DNA of 63,969 nucleotides, the filler included, from Planctomycetota bacterium (GTDB lineage Bacteria > Planctomycetota > Planctomycetia > JALXBF01), in the NCBI GenBank assembly GCA_026991575.1. It is 3 parts of 3 records of this genome, joined end to end, with 100 filler letters (N's around TTAATTAATTAA, not from the genome) between each part and the next. Parts side by side here need not be neighbours in the genome. Positions count along the whole stretch, not along the records: positions 21,851 to 43,266 come from JALXBF010000063.1; positions 43,367 to 63,969 come from JALXBF010000070.1; 1 more part is not named here. One strand, given 5' to 3'. Of this stretch, positions 38,687-47,588 are shown one piece after another; position 1 is the stretch's first letter, and each line of letters begins with the position of its first letter. The translations under genes and the position numbers were made by a program. The notes below the pieces were generated by a model, which was not told where the DNA came from, did no database searches, and was given only the letters and a program-made list of their open reading frames with translations.

Positions 38687-39739
38687 TCAAGTGGCGGAGT
38701 TCGGACGGTTCCATGCTCGCCGCAATGCCAACAGGGCGAGCAAGGCCAGAAGCGCGGCAGCGGCCGATGCTGCCGCCAGCACGGCCACGCGCAGCGTTCC
38801 CAATGGCCTGATCACCGACTCGTCAATGCCGTAGTACGGCAGGTAGAAGGCTTCCGGGGGATGTCGACATAGCGTACTGCTAGCGATCGTGGATTCTGTT
38901 ACCAATTGTTGCACAACGTGGGTAGAGCTCTCGGACGATTCCCTAAGGACTTGTTCAACTACATAGCGACTCGGCTGGACCGGCGTGTGCCCAGAATAGG
39001 TGACAGTGGCGGTCACCTCGCTCGTGAACGAGTCGTGCGTGGACGTTACTCTAGACGCGATACACGCGAACCGCTGGCTGGGGTCGAGTGTCACCTCCCA
39101 TTGCTGACCTGTGCGCACCAACCACGATTGATGTTCGTGGATCGGGGTGGAGCGGATGCGCAGCAAACCCTCCTGGGTATACGCGCATCGGGAAGAGAAT
39201 ACCCTGTCATGACCGGCCAGCAGGGCAGTGACCGGTGGACCGCCGGCAACCACAGGAGCCAGGATGGCCAACGTAGCCTCCGCTGCCTGTGACCCGTGCG
39301 CCCCGATGGAGTAGAGATCGGGGTACCAGCCCTGCCATTGCGAGACGGCGGTATGCCGCTCGAGAAAGTATCCTCCAGCGGCGAGCCGCACGACGCGCGC
39401 GGAGTAGTACTCGTTCACGAGAATAATGCGTTCCTTGGCGTCCGGACGGCGCGGCCGCCAACGAACGAGTAGCTTCCTTTCCCGCGGCCGGAAGCAGATC
39501 CAGAAGTCATTCGGCGGTGACTGGACCGAGTCCTGACCGTCTTGGTTATCAACCGGTGCGACCAGCTTCCAACGCTGCACGACGTGGAATTCTCGGCCAT
39601 CAAGTTCGTCCAAGTAGCGGGCCTCAAGCTCCCGCACCTGCGGTAGCACCTCGGAGCACGCGGTACCGTCGGGATGTTGCTGAACCGGTGCTGGAGCCGT
39701 CGCCGCTGGTACCATGGCCAACAGCACTACCACCCACAT
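38687..39739 (-). CDS. Family-B partner protein B3, 350 aa
   Basis: MWVVVLLAMVPAATA signal; paralog motifs; C-terminal TM plus RRAWNRP. Confidence 0.88.
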   Translation of the reverse strand: MWVVVLLAMVPAATAPAPVQQHPDGTACSEVLPQVRELEARYLDELDGREFHVVQRWKLVAPVDNQDGQDSVQSPPNDFWICFRPRERKLLVRWRPRRPDAKERIILVNEYYSARVVRLAAGGYFLERHTAVSQWQGWYPDLYSIGAHGSQAAEATLAILAPVVAGGPPVTALLAGHDRVFSSRCAYTQEGLLRIRSTPIHEHQSWLVRTGQQWEVTLDPSQRFACIASRVTSTHDSFTSEVTATVTYSGHTPVQPSRYVVEQVLRESSESSTHVVQQLVTESTIASSTLCRHPPEAFYLPYYGIDESVIRPLGTLRVAVLAAASAAAALLALLALLALRRAWNRPNSAT

Positions 39740-39759
39740 GCGAACGTCTCCGCTGCGCG

Positions 39760-40011
39760 CTAGCCCCTGCACTCGCACTGGTTCATCTGATTAATCCACA
39801 TGCAGCGAAGTAGCCCCTGTTCCTGGCAACGATTGTTCCGAAGTGCACACCAGTTCGGATTGCTGGGCTGCCAGCCGTCGCACTGAGGGGGAGGGCCACC
39901 TTCTGCCCCCGGAACCGGTCGGTGCGCCGCTGCCAGCAAGGCCGCAACTGCCAACAGCACCGCTAGCACACTGGACGACGAGAACAGCGCCGCCAGGAGC
40001 GTTCGTTTCAT
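39760..40011 (-). CDS. Exported 6-Cys peptide B3, 83 aa
   Basis: MKRTLL plus hydrophobic signal; C-x10-C-x6-C-x7-C-x8-CxC; GGAGG RBS. Confidence 0.87.
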   Translation of the reverse strand: MKRTLLAALFSSSSVLAVLLAVAALLAAAHRPVPGAEGGPPPQCDGWQPSNPNWCALRNNRCQEQGLLRCMWINQMNQCECRG

Positions 40012-40072
40012 GGTCACGCCTCCGCTGAACGCTCGAACGGTGGCGTTGGTCATACAGCCCGATACCACCCCA

Positions 40073-40095
40073 ATTATCCTCCTCCTCCTTGTCAA
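40073..40095 (-). promoter_or_regulatory. Microsatellite-spaced promoter TTGACA-(AGG)4-ATAAT (11-bp spacer)
   Basis: Plus strand ATTAT-(CCT)4-TGTCAA, ~60 nt upstream of peptide B3. Confidence 0.7.
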
Positions 40096-40191
40096 GACCT
40101 CAGGCACGAAGGTCTCGGCCTCCTGGCCGCGGCCCTGGCCAGGCAGGGGCGGTGAGCCGGCTGACGTGTTGCCGCCAGCACAAGTGGTGGC

Positions 40192-41241
40192 TCACACGCT
40201 GGAATTCGGACGATTCCATGCTCGCCGCAATGCCAACAGGGCGAGCAAGGCCAGAAGCGCGGCAGCGGCCGATGCTGCCGCCAGCACGGCCACGCGCAGC
40301 GTTCCCGATGGCCTGATCACCGACTCGTCAATGCCGTAGTACGGCAGGTAGAACGCCTCGGGAGGATGCTGGCACGGTGTGGGCGGCCCAATGGTGTACT
40401 CGATCAGCAGGTGATGCACCACGCTTGGTGACTTGCCAGCCACAGACCTGACTAGCTCCTCCACAACATATTTGGCGGGAAGCAGGGACGTCGGAGCTCG
40501 CTCAATCACTTCTCTTCTCACTTCGCCGTGGAACGATCTCCACGTGTCGGTTGCCTTCGACCTGACGCACGCAAAGTGTCGGCTGGGATCAAGGACGACT
40601 TCCCATTGGCGGTCCGAGCGCGCGTACCAGGGCTGATGTTCCGCGCTGCTAGAGACCTGCAAATGTACAAGGCCTTCAGAGGTTAGGACGCAGCGACATG
40701 AGAATCCGTGTTCTCCTTTAAGCATAGCGGCGACTGGTGGCCCCCCTGCAATTATCGGCGAGAGGATTGCCAGAACGGGATCGGCTGCGCGAGAGCCATG
40801 GATGCCAATCGAGTAGAAATCGGGGTACCACCCTTCCCATTGCGGGGTGGCTGTGTGTCGTTCGAGGAGGTACCCGCCCTCGGCGAGGCGCAAAACGCGG
40901 GCGGAGTAGAGGTCGTTTACGAGGATGACACGCTGGTTGCCTTTCAGGCGGCTCGGCCGCTCGCGAATCAGGATCTTCTTGTCTCGCAGCCGGAAGCAGA
41001 CCCAGTAGTCGGTCGTTCGTGGTTGGGCCGACGCCACTTGATCGGGTGCATCAGCGGGTGTGTCCAGCTTCCAGCGCCGGGCCACGTGGAACTCCCGACC
41101 GTCGATCTCATCCAAGTATTGGGCTTCGAGCGCTCGGACCTTGCTTAAGACGTCTGAGCACGGAAGTCCAGCCGGCTGTTGGTAAAGGAACAGGGAGCCG
41201 CTAATCACAAAGGCTATCGGTAACAGGTTCGCCGGCCACAC
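40192..41241 (-). CDS. Family-B partner protein B2, 349 aa
   Basis: GGAGG RBS plus GTG; paralog motifs; C-terminal TM. Confidence 0.88.
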   Translation of the reverse strand: MWPANLLPIAFVISGSLFLYQQPAGLPCSDVLSKVRALEAQYLDEIDGREFHVARRWKLDTPADAPDQVASAQPRTTDYWVCFRLRDKKILIRERPSRLKGNQRVILVNDLYSARVLRLAEGGYLLERHTATPQWEGWYPDFYSIGIHGSRAADPVLAILSPIIAGGPPVAAMLKGEHGFSCRCVLTSEGLVHLQVSSSAEHQPWYARSDRQWEVVLDPSRHFACVRSKATDTWRSFHGEVRREVIERAPTSLLPAKYVVEELVRSVAGKSPSVVHHLLIEYTIGPPTPCQHPPEAFYLPYYGIDESVIRPSGTLRVAVLAAASAAAALLALLALLALRRAWNRPNSSV

Positions 41242-41262
41242 GTGGTCCTCCTCCGGAACACG

Positions 41263-41514
41263 CTATCGGTGGCATTCGCAGTGGCCCATGTCCATATTCC
41301 ACTTGCACTGCAGTTGTCCCTGCCGCTGACAGCTGTTGTTGCGGAACGCACAGCGCTTCGGATCGCTGGGCTGCCATCCGTCGCACTGAGGGAGACCGCC
41401 ACCTTTGGCTCCCAGAACCGGTCGGTGCACCGCTGCCAGCAAGGCCGCAACTGCCAACAGCACAGCGAGCAGACCGGATGATGAGAACAGCGCTGCCAGG
41501 AGCGTCCGTTTCAT
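41263..41514 (-). CDS. Exported 6-Cys peptide B2, 83 aa
   Basis: Same signal and Cys spacing; ends CKWNMDMGHCECHR. Confidence 0.87.
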   Translation of the reverse strand: MKRTLLAALFSSSGLLAVLLAVAALLAAVHRPVLGAKGGGLPQCDGWQPSDPKRCAFRNNSCQRQGQLQCKWNMDMGHCECHR

Positions 41515-41575
41515 GGTCACGCCTCCGCTGAACGCTCGAACGGTGGCGTTGGCCATACAGCCCGATACCACCCCA

Positions 41576-41598
41576 ATTATCCTCCTCCTCCTTGTCAA
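41576..41598 (-). promoter_or_regulatory. Microsatellite-spaced promoter TTGACA-(AGG)4-ATAAT (11-bp spacer)
   Basis: Plus strand ATTAT-(CCT)4-TGTCAA upstream of peptide B2. Confidence 0.7.
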
Positions 41599-41694
41599 GG
41601 CCTCAGGCACGAAGGCCTTGGCCTCCTGGCCACGGCCCTGGCCAGGCAGCGGCGGTGAGCCGGCTGACGCGTTTCCGCCGGCACAAGTGGTGGC

Positions 41695-42744
41695 TCACAC
41701 GCTGGAATTCGGACGGTTCCATGCTCGCCGCAATGCCAACAGGGCGAGCAAGGCCAGAAGCGCGGCAGCGGCCGATGCTGCCGCCAGAACGGCCACGCGC
41801 AGCGTTCCCGATGGCGTGATCACCGACTCGTCAATGCCATAGTACGGCAGGTAGAACGCCTCGGGAGGATGCTGGCACGGTGTGGGAGGCCCAATGGTGT
41901 ACTCGATCAGTAGGTGATGCACCACGCTTGGTGATTTGCCAGCCACAGACCTGGCTAGCTCCTCCACGACGTATTGACTCGGCAGTAGAGAGGGGGTGTT
42001 AGTGTAGGTGGTTTGGGCCGTTACTTCTCCTGCGAAGGAATCCCAGCGTGAGGTCACCCTTGACTTGGTGCAAGCAAACTGCTGGTTGGGATCCAAGGTA
42101 ACTTCCCATTGCCGGTCCGTGCGCACGAGCCATGGCTGGTACTGGGTGGTGGAAGAGGCACGGAGCCGGAGCAATCCTTTGGAAGTGAGGCCGCAGCGAG
42201 AAGTGAACCCATGCTCGCCCGCAAGCAAGGCAGCAATCGGCGGACCAAGGGCCACTACGGGCGACAACAGCGCTAACACCGGGTCGGCTGCCCGCAACCC
42301 ATGGATCCCTATCGAGTGGAAATCAGGGCACCACCTTTCCCAGGAGGGTGGGCCTGCGTGGCGCTCCAGGTAATAGCCACCCCCGGCCAGTCTCAGGACG
42401 CGGGCTGAGTAGGATTCGTTGACCAGGATGATTCGTTCTTGACCGTCTGGGCGCCCCGAATGCCAACGGATCAGCAGCCGCTTCTGACGCAGCCGAAGGC
42501 AAATCTGGAAATCGTTCGTTGGCGGTTGTGCCGACGCCACTTCATCACGGTTGTCCGTCGGCGACGCCAGCTTCCAGATCTGCCTAACCCGGAACTCCTG
42601 CTCGTCGATTGTGTTCAGGTACCGTGCCTCGAGCGTTCGAATGTGCGGCAACACCTGCGAGCATCCAGCACTGTTCGCCTGTTGGTGGGCAAGGTGGAAG
42701 TTGGCCAGAGCAGAGAGTGTGGCGAGGACCACCACCAGGCACAT
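41695..42744 (-). CDS. Family-B partner protein B1, 349 aa
   Basis: AGGAGG RBS, MCLVVVLATLSALA signal; paralog motifs; C-terminal TM. Confidence 0.88.
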   Translation of the reverse strand: MCLVVVLATLSALANFHLAHQQANSAGCSQVLPHIRTLEARYLNTIDEQEFRVRQIWKLASPTDNRDEVASAQPPTNDFQICLRLRQKRLLIRWHSGRPDGQERIILVNESYSARVLRLAGGGYYLERHAGPPSWERWCPDFHSIGIHGLRAADPVLALLSPVVALGPPIAALLAGEHGFTSRCGLTSKGLLRLRASSTTQYQPWLVRTDRQWEVTLDPNQQFACTKSRVTSRWDSFAGEVTAQTTYTNTPSLLPSQYVVEELARSVAGKSPSVVHHLLIEYTIGPPTPCQHPPEAFYLPYYGIDESVITPSGTLRVAVLAAASAAAALLALLALLALRRAWNRPNSSV

Positions 42745-42764
42745 GAACGCCCTCCTGCTGCATG

Positions 42765-43016
42765 CTAGGGAGTGCACTCGCAATGGTTCATCATCATATT
42801 CCACTTGCACTGCAGTTGTCCCTGGCGCTGACAGCTGTTGTTGCGGAACGCACAGCGCTTCGGATCGCTGGGCTGCCATCCGTCGCACTGAGGGAGACCG
42901 CCACCTTTGGCTCCCAGAACCGGTCGGTGCGCCGCTGCCAGCAAGGCCGCAACTGCCAACAGCACAGCGAGCAGACTGGATGATGAGAACAGCGCCGCCA
43001 GGAGCGTCCGTTTCAT
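42765..43016 (-). CDS. Exported 6-Cys peptide B1, 83 aa
   Basis: Same signal and Cys spacing; ends CKWNMMMNHCECTP. Confidence 0.87.
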   Translation of the reverse strand: MKRTLLAALFSSSSLLAVLLAVAALLAAAHRPVLGAKGGGLPQCDGWQPSDPKRCAFRNNSCQRQGQLQCKWNMMMNHCECTP

Positions 43017-43077
43017 GGTCACGCCTCCGCTGGACGCCCGAACGGTGGCGTTGGTCATACAGCCCGATACCACCCCA

Positions 43078-43124
43078 ATTATCCTCCTCCTCCTCCTCCT
43101 CCTCCTCCTCCTCCTCCTTGTCAA
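43078..43124 (-). promoter_or_regulatory. Microsatellite-spaced promoter TTGACA-(AGG)12-ATAAT (35-bp spacer)
   Basis: Plus strand ATTAT-(CCT)12-TGTCAA; flanks nearly identical to the n=4 copies. Confidence 0.7.
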
Positions 43125-43220
43125 GGCCTCAGGCACGAAGGCCTTGGCCTCCTGGCCACGGCCTTGGCCAGGCAGCGGCGGTGAGCCGGCTGACGCGTTT
43201 CCGCCGGCACAAGTGGTGGC

Positions 43221-43257
43221 TCAGACGCTAGAGTTCGGACGGTTCCATGCTCGCCGC
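43221..43257 (-). CDS. 3' end of a further family-B partner gene, cut by gap
   Basis: Encodes ...RRAWNRPNSSV-stop, identical to the B1/B2 ends. Confidence 0.7.
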
Positions 43258-43266
43258 AGATACAAC

Positions 43267-43366
43267 NNNNNNNNNNNNNNNNNNNNNNNNNNNNNNNNNN
43301 NNNNNNNNNNTTAATTAATTAANNNNNNNNNNNNNNNNNNNNNNNNNNNNNNNNNNNNNNNNNNNN
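43267..43366. other. Artificial contig linker/assembly gap
   Basis: N44-TTAATTAATTAA-N44. Confidence 0.98.
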
Positions 43367-44080
43367 ATTGAAGCAAGCTGCTGGGGCAATTCGCCCATCC
43401 CCTCGGCAGGGGTGCTGCACTCCATGCCCCCTCGCGAGAACGTAGGCTACCTTCGGCTAACAGGGTCCAGGCCAAACCGTGGTGACGACTTCCACCTCGC
43501 TGATCCAACGCGCTCCGACGCGCACCGGGCGGGGGGGCATAAAGCCCCCCGGCCCGCCGATTGGAGCAGGCTGCGCGGGGTGATTCGCCCATCCCTTCGG
43601 CGGGGGGCTGCTCTTACACGGCCCCTGACGAGAACGTGGGGAGCAACCGGAGGCGAACGAGTAGTCCGGACGAGAGGAACCCGATTCGGCCTGACGTCGT
43701 GGCGAGCGTGCTGAGGAGTGGCGAAGCGCAAGATGCCTTCTCGGAAGGCAAGGTCAGCATCCGGGGGGAGAGCAGGCCAATCCGGATGGCGACGTGGGGT
43801 GGTTGGGGCGGAACGCTTGGGAAGGTCCGACGACGTGAACGACGGAGGCCTGATGGGCACAGGACGCGAAGAACCTGCGGTACATCAGGGTATGCGGTGG
43901 GCCCTGAAAGATGTCCCCCGGCGGTCCGCTTGGTGCTCGGCGGACCGAAGCGAACCAGAGCACTGAACGACAGGAAAAGCGGCCCTTCATGAGTCAGGGG
44001 GGCCGCAAGCGTGCGAGTTTGCGGCACAGGGCGGCGGACGGACGGGCGCAGGAAGGGCGCGGCCCAATCGGTCGAACCAA
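43367..44080. mobile_element. Rearranged, ORF-less group II intron-like remnant (domain I pieces on opposite strands)
   Basis: Minus strand from 43525: GTGCGCGTCGGAGCGCGTTGGATCAGCGAGGTGGAAGTC...TAGCCGAAGG. Plus strand from ~43636: GTGGGGAGCAACCGGAGGCGAAC...GATTCGGCC...GGCGAGC...GCGAAGC. Resemblance is recalled, not searched; no domain V or RT seen. Confidence 0.5.
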
Positions 44081-44335
44081 AGCTTTGTGGCTTTCTCGAC
44101 ACGAGGGGCATTCCGAGAAGGGGGCCAGGGACCGACACGGTGTTCCCGAAGCACTCGATGCAAATCCCACGTGCCCTCCGTGACCGGTCACTTGCCGCGT
44201 CGAGCGGTTGCCGTCGGCGCCACCTGGATTGCCTGCTTCGCTACCGCCGGCTAACCAGGTAACATACACCCTGCGACTGGTCATGGCCCGCGAACGCGGG
44301 ACGAAGCCCTGTGAGCCCGGACGAAGAGCACGACC

Positions 44336-45451
44336 ATGCGAGACGCGCGGATCGACCGACTGGCCCAACTGTTGGTTTCCCACTCCACCAGGCTGCAAGC
44401 TGGCGAGAAGGTGCTCATCGAATGCTTCGACCTGCCCGGCCCCGAACTGCCGGCGGCGCTGGTGCGGGCCGCGGCCGAGCGGGGGGCTGTGCCGATTGTG
44501 GTCACCAAGCAGAATGCGGTGCTTCGCGCGATGTGGCTGCATGCTACCGAGGAAATGGTGCGCACGATCGGTGCGGTCGAGCGGCAGCTGATGGAAGAGG
44601 TGCAGGCGTACGTGGGTATTCGAGGTGCAGCCAACGTCAGTGAGCTGGCGGATGTGCCGCCGGAGAAGATGGACCTGTACCGCACGTACATCTGGCAGCC
44701 CGTGCACATCGGTATCCGGATCCGCCGCACGAAATGGGTCGTGCTGCGCTACCCGACGCCGTCGATGGCCCAGTTGGCGGGAATGAGCACGGAGGCATTT
44801 GAAGATTTCTACTTTGACGTGTGTACCGTCGACTATCCGGCCATGGCTCGGGCGCTTGAGCCGCTGGCGGAGTTGATGCGCCGTACGGACCAGGTTCGGC
44901 TGGTCGGGCCGGATACGGACCTGACTTTCTCGATCAAGGGCATTGGCGTCGTCCCGTGCGCCGGGGAACACAACATCCCGGACGGCGAGGTGTTTACGGC
45001 ACCGGTGCGGGACTCGGTAAACGGCTACATCACGTTCAACACGCCCACGATCTACGAAGGGGTCACGTTCGAAAGGGTGCGCCTGGAGTTCCAGGAGGGC
45101 AAGATCGTGCGGGCCACGGCCTCTAGCAACGAGCGGCGACTGAACGAGATCCTGGATGCCGATGAAGGGGCCAGGTACATCGGTGAGTTTGCCATCGGGT
45201 GCAACCCGAAGATTCGCGAGCCCATGAAGGACATCCTGTTCGACGAGAAAATCGCCGGCTCTATCCATCTGACCCCCGGCAACGCCTACGAGGAGGCAGA
45301 CAACGGGAACCGTTCCAAGGTGCACTGGGACATGGTCCTGATCCAGCGGCCGGAGTACGGCGGGGGAGAGATGTATTTTGACGGCCGGCTCGTGCGCAAG
45401 GACGGTGAGTTTGTCCTGCCGGAACTGCAACGCCTGAACGAAGGCTTCTAG
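44336..45451 (+). CDS. M29 family aminopeptidase (AmpS/AmpT-like)
   Basis: NIPDGEVFTAP, YIGEFAIG, ILFDEKIAGSIHLTPG, SKVHWDMV. Confidence 0.93.
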   Translation: MRDARIDRLAQLLVSHSTRLQAGEKVLIECFDLPGPELPAALVRAAAERGAVPIVVTKQNAVLRAMWLHATEEMVRTIGAVERQLMEEVQAYVGIRGAANVSELADVPPEKMDLYRTYIWQPVHIGIRIRRTKWVVLRYPTPSMAQLAGMSTEAFEDFYFDVCTVDYPAMARALEPLAELMRRTDQVRLVGPDTDLTFSIKGIGVVPCAGEHNIPDGEVFTAPVRDSVNGYITFNTPTIYEGVTFERVRLEFQEGKIVRATASSNERRLNEILDADEGARYIGEFAIGCNPKIREPMKDILFDEKIAGSIHLTPGNAYEEADNGNRSKVHWDMVLIQRPEYGGGEMYFDGRLVRKDGEFVLPELQRLNEGF

Positions 45452-45489
45452 CCGGGTCCCATGGCCACGCGCACAGAAGAGGCAGTGCT

Positions 45490-46728
45490 ATGGCAGTCGT
45501 GCTCATTGCCACGTTGGATACCAAGGGGGCCGAAGCGGCGTTTGTACGGGATGTGCTCACGGCGGCCGGACTGGAGGTGCTGGTCGTTGACGCCGGCGTT
45601 CTTGCCGATCCGCCGTTTCAGCCTGACGTCGGTCGGAGGCAGGTCTTTGAAGCGGCGGGGACGAGCTGGGAGCGGCTGCGTGAGGAGGCGGATCGAGGCA
45701 AGGCCATCGAAGCGGCAGCACGCGGCGTGAAGAGCCTGGTCAAGCAGCTCTATGAGGAAGGCAAAGTCGAAGGAGTGTTCGGACTGGGTGGTTCGGCCGG
45801 TACGACCATTGCAACCGCGGCCATGCGTGAGCTGCCGGTGGGGGTGCCGAAGGTGATGGTGAGCACGCTGGCCAGCGGCCAGACGCGTCCCTATGTCGGC
45901 GTCCGCGACATCATGATGGTCTACTCGGTCGTTGACCTCGCGGGCATCAACCGGGTCAGCCGCCGCGTGCTGGGCAACGCAGCCCGCGCATTGGTGGGCA
46001 TGATCAAGTACGGTGGCGATGTCGATGCGGCTGCCGACAAGCCCGTCATCACAGCGACCATGTTTGGCGTGACCACGCCGTGTGTGGAAGCTGCGCGTCG
46101 CCGGCTGGAGGCAGCCGGCTACGAAGTGCTCGTGTTCCACGCGACCGGCACCGGAGGCCAGGCCATGGAGTCTCTGGTACGCGACGGCCTGGTGGATGGC
46201 GTGCTGGACATTACGACGACCGAGTTGGCCGACGAGCTCGTCGGAGGGATCTTGTCTGCCGGTCCGGATCGTCTGACCGCTGCCGGCCAGTGCGGAGTGC
46301 CGCAGGTGATTTCGGTCGGTGCGCTGGACATGGTCAACTTTGGGCCGCCGGACACGGTACCTGAGAAATTCAAGGGGCGCCGCTTCTACCAGCACAATCC
46401 GACCGTGACACTAATGCGGACAACGCCCGAGGAAAACGATCAGCTCGGGTGGGAGATTGCTACCAAGGCTAGCGCGGCGAAGGGGCCGACGGCAATCATC
46501 CTGCCACTCGGCGGCGTCTCGGCAATTGATGCCCCGGGCAAACCGTTCTGGTGGCCAGAAGCGGACGAAGCCCTGTTTACGCGGATCAGCAACGAGGTCT
46601 CCAGCCGGGTAGAACTCATCAAGATGGACAACCACATTAACGATCAGCAATTCGCCGTGGCGGCGGCCGAGAAGCTGCTGGCGCTGATTGAGGCGAAGAA
46701 GTCGGGAGCGTATACGAGTCCGTCGTAA
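45490..46728 (+). CDS. Tm-1-like ATP-binding domain protein (UPF0261)
   Basis: [52 protein letters not shown]. Confidence 0.92.
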   Translation: MAVVLIATLDTKGAEAAFVRDVLTAAGLEVLVVDAGVLADPPFQPDVGRRQVFEAAGTSWERLREEADRGKAIEAAARGVKSLVKQLYEEGKVEGVFGLGGSAGTTIATAAMRELPVGVPKVMVSTLASGQTRPYVGVRDIMMVYSVVDLAGINRVSRRVLGNAARALVGMIKYGGDVDAAADKPVITATMFGVTTPCVEAARRRLEAAGYEVLVFHATGTGGQAMESLVRDGLVDGVLDITTTELADELVGGILSAGPDRLTAAGQCGVPQVISVGALDMVNFGPPDTVPEKFKGRRFYQHNPTVTLMRTTPEENDQLGWEIATKASAAKGPTAIILPLGGVSAIDAPGKPFWWPEADEALFTRISNEVSSRVELIKMDNHINDQQFAVAAAEKLLALIEAKKSGAYTSPS

Positions 46729-46748
46729 GCACAAGGAGAGCGGGATCG

Positions 46749-47588
46749 ATGGTCTGCGAACTGACCCGTGAGCAAATTCTCCGGAACCTGCGCTCCGAAG
46801 TAGCCGCCGGACGACCGATCATTGGGGGAGGTGCCGGCACCGGGATCTCGGCAAAGTGTGCGGAGGCCGGCGGCATTGATCTAATCATCATTTATAACTC
46901 CGGACGATATCGCATGGCTGGCCGTGGCTCGCTCGCCGGCCTCATGCCTTACGGCGATGCGAACCAGATCGTCGTGGAGATGGCCCGCGAGGTGCTGCCG
47001 GTCGTCAGACGGACGCCCGTGCTGGCCGGCGTCTGCGGCACTGATCCGTTCCGGATTATGAAGCTGTTCCTGCAAGAGCTGAAGGCGATGGGCTTCAGCG
47101 GCGTCCAGAACTTTCCCACCGTTGGCCTCATCGACGGCACCTTCCGGGTCGGGCTGGAGGAGACGGGCATGGGCTACGGCCTGGAAGTCGACATGATCCG
47201 CCTGGCCCGCGAGCTGGATCTCCTGACGTGCCCGTACGTGTTCAATGAAGAAGAGGCTAGGCAGATGACTGAGGCCGGGGCGGATGTGATCATTGCGCAC
47301 ATGGGACTGACAACCAAGGGAACGATCGGAGCGAAGACAGCTCTGTCGTTGGAAGAGGCAGCTGCTCGGGTACAGGCCATCCACGATGCGGCTAAGAGCG
47401 TCCGTGACGATGTGCTTGTGCTTTGCCATGGCGGCCCGATCGCGGAACCGGAAGATGCTGCCTACATCTTCCAGCACACGAAGGGCGTAGTGGGATTCTT
47501 CGGGGCCAGTTCCATTGAGCGGCTGCCGACCGAGGTGGCGATCACGGGGCAGGTGAGGAAATTCAAGAGCTTGAAGATCGGCCAGTGA
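46749..47588 (+). CDS. TIM-barrel signal transduction / PEP-hydrolase-like protein
   Basis: [51 protein letters not shown]. Confidence 0.92.
   Translation: MVCELTREQILRNLRSEVAAGRPIIGGGAGTGISAKCAEAGGIDLIIIYNSGRYRMAGRGSLAGLMPYGDANQIVVEMAREVLPVVRRTPVLAGVCGTDPFRIMKLFLQELKAMGFSGVQNFPTVGLIDGTFRVGLEETGMGYGLEVDMIRLARELDLLTCPYVFNEEEARQMTEAGADVIIAHMGLTTKGTIGAKTALSLEEAAARVQAIHDAAKSVRDDVLVLCHGGPIAEPEDAAYIFQHTKGVVGFFGASSIERLPTEVAITGQVRKFKSLKIGQ

Noticed and set aside
43017..43136. Poly-Arg N-terminal extensions (MPEALTRRRR...) or tandem Shine-Dalgarno role for (AGG)n
   Set aside because: MKRTLL has its own GGAGG RBS and a normal signal peptide, and the tract is exactly bracketed by TTGACA and GATAAT. 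The promoter reading is more parsimonious, though the extension is in frame and not formally excluded.
21851..43266. Cassette repeats as a diversity-generating retroelement, CRISPR array or integron
   Set aside because: Units are 1.5-kb gene pairs, differences are not adenine-specific, and no RT, integrase or attC-like sites were seen.
43994..47477. Long antisense ORFs (43994-45430, 45448-46395, 46881-47477) and similar ones elsewhere (e.g. 11662-12714, 49921-51381)
   Set aside because: Shadows of well-supported genes on the opposite strand, common in high-GC DNA.
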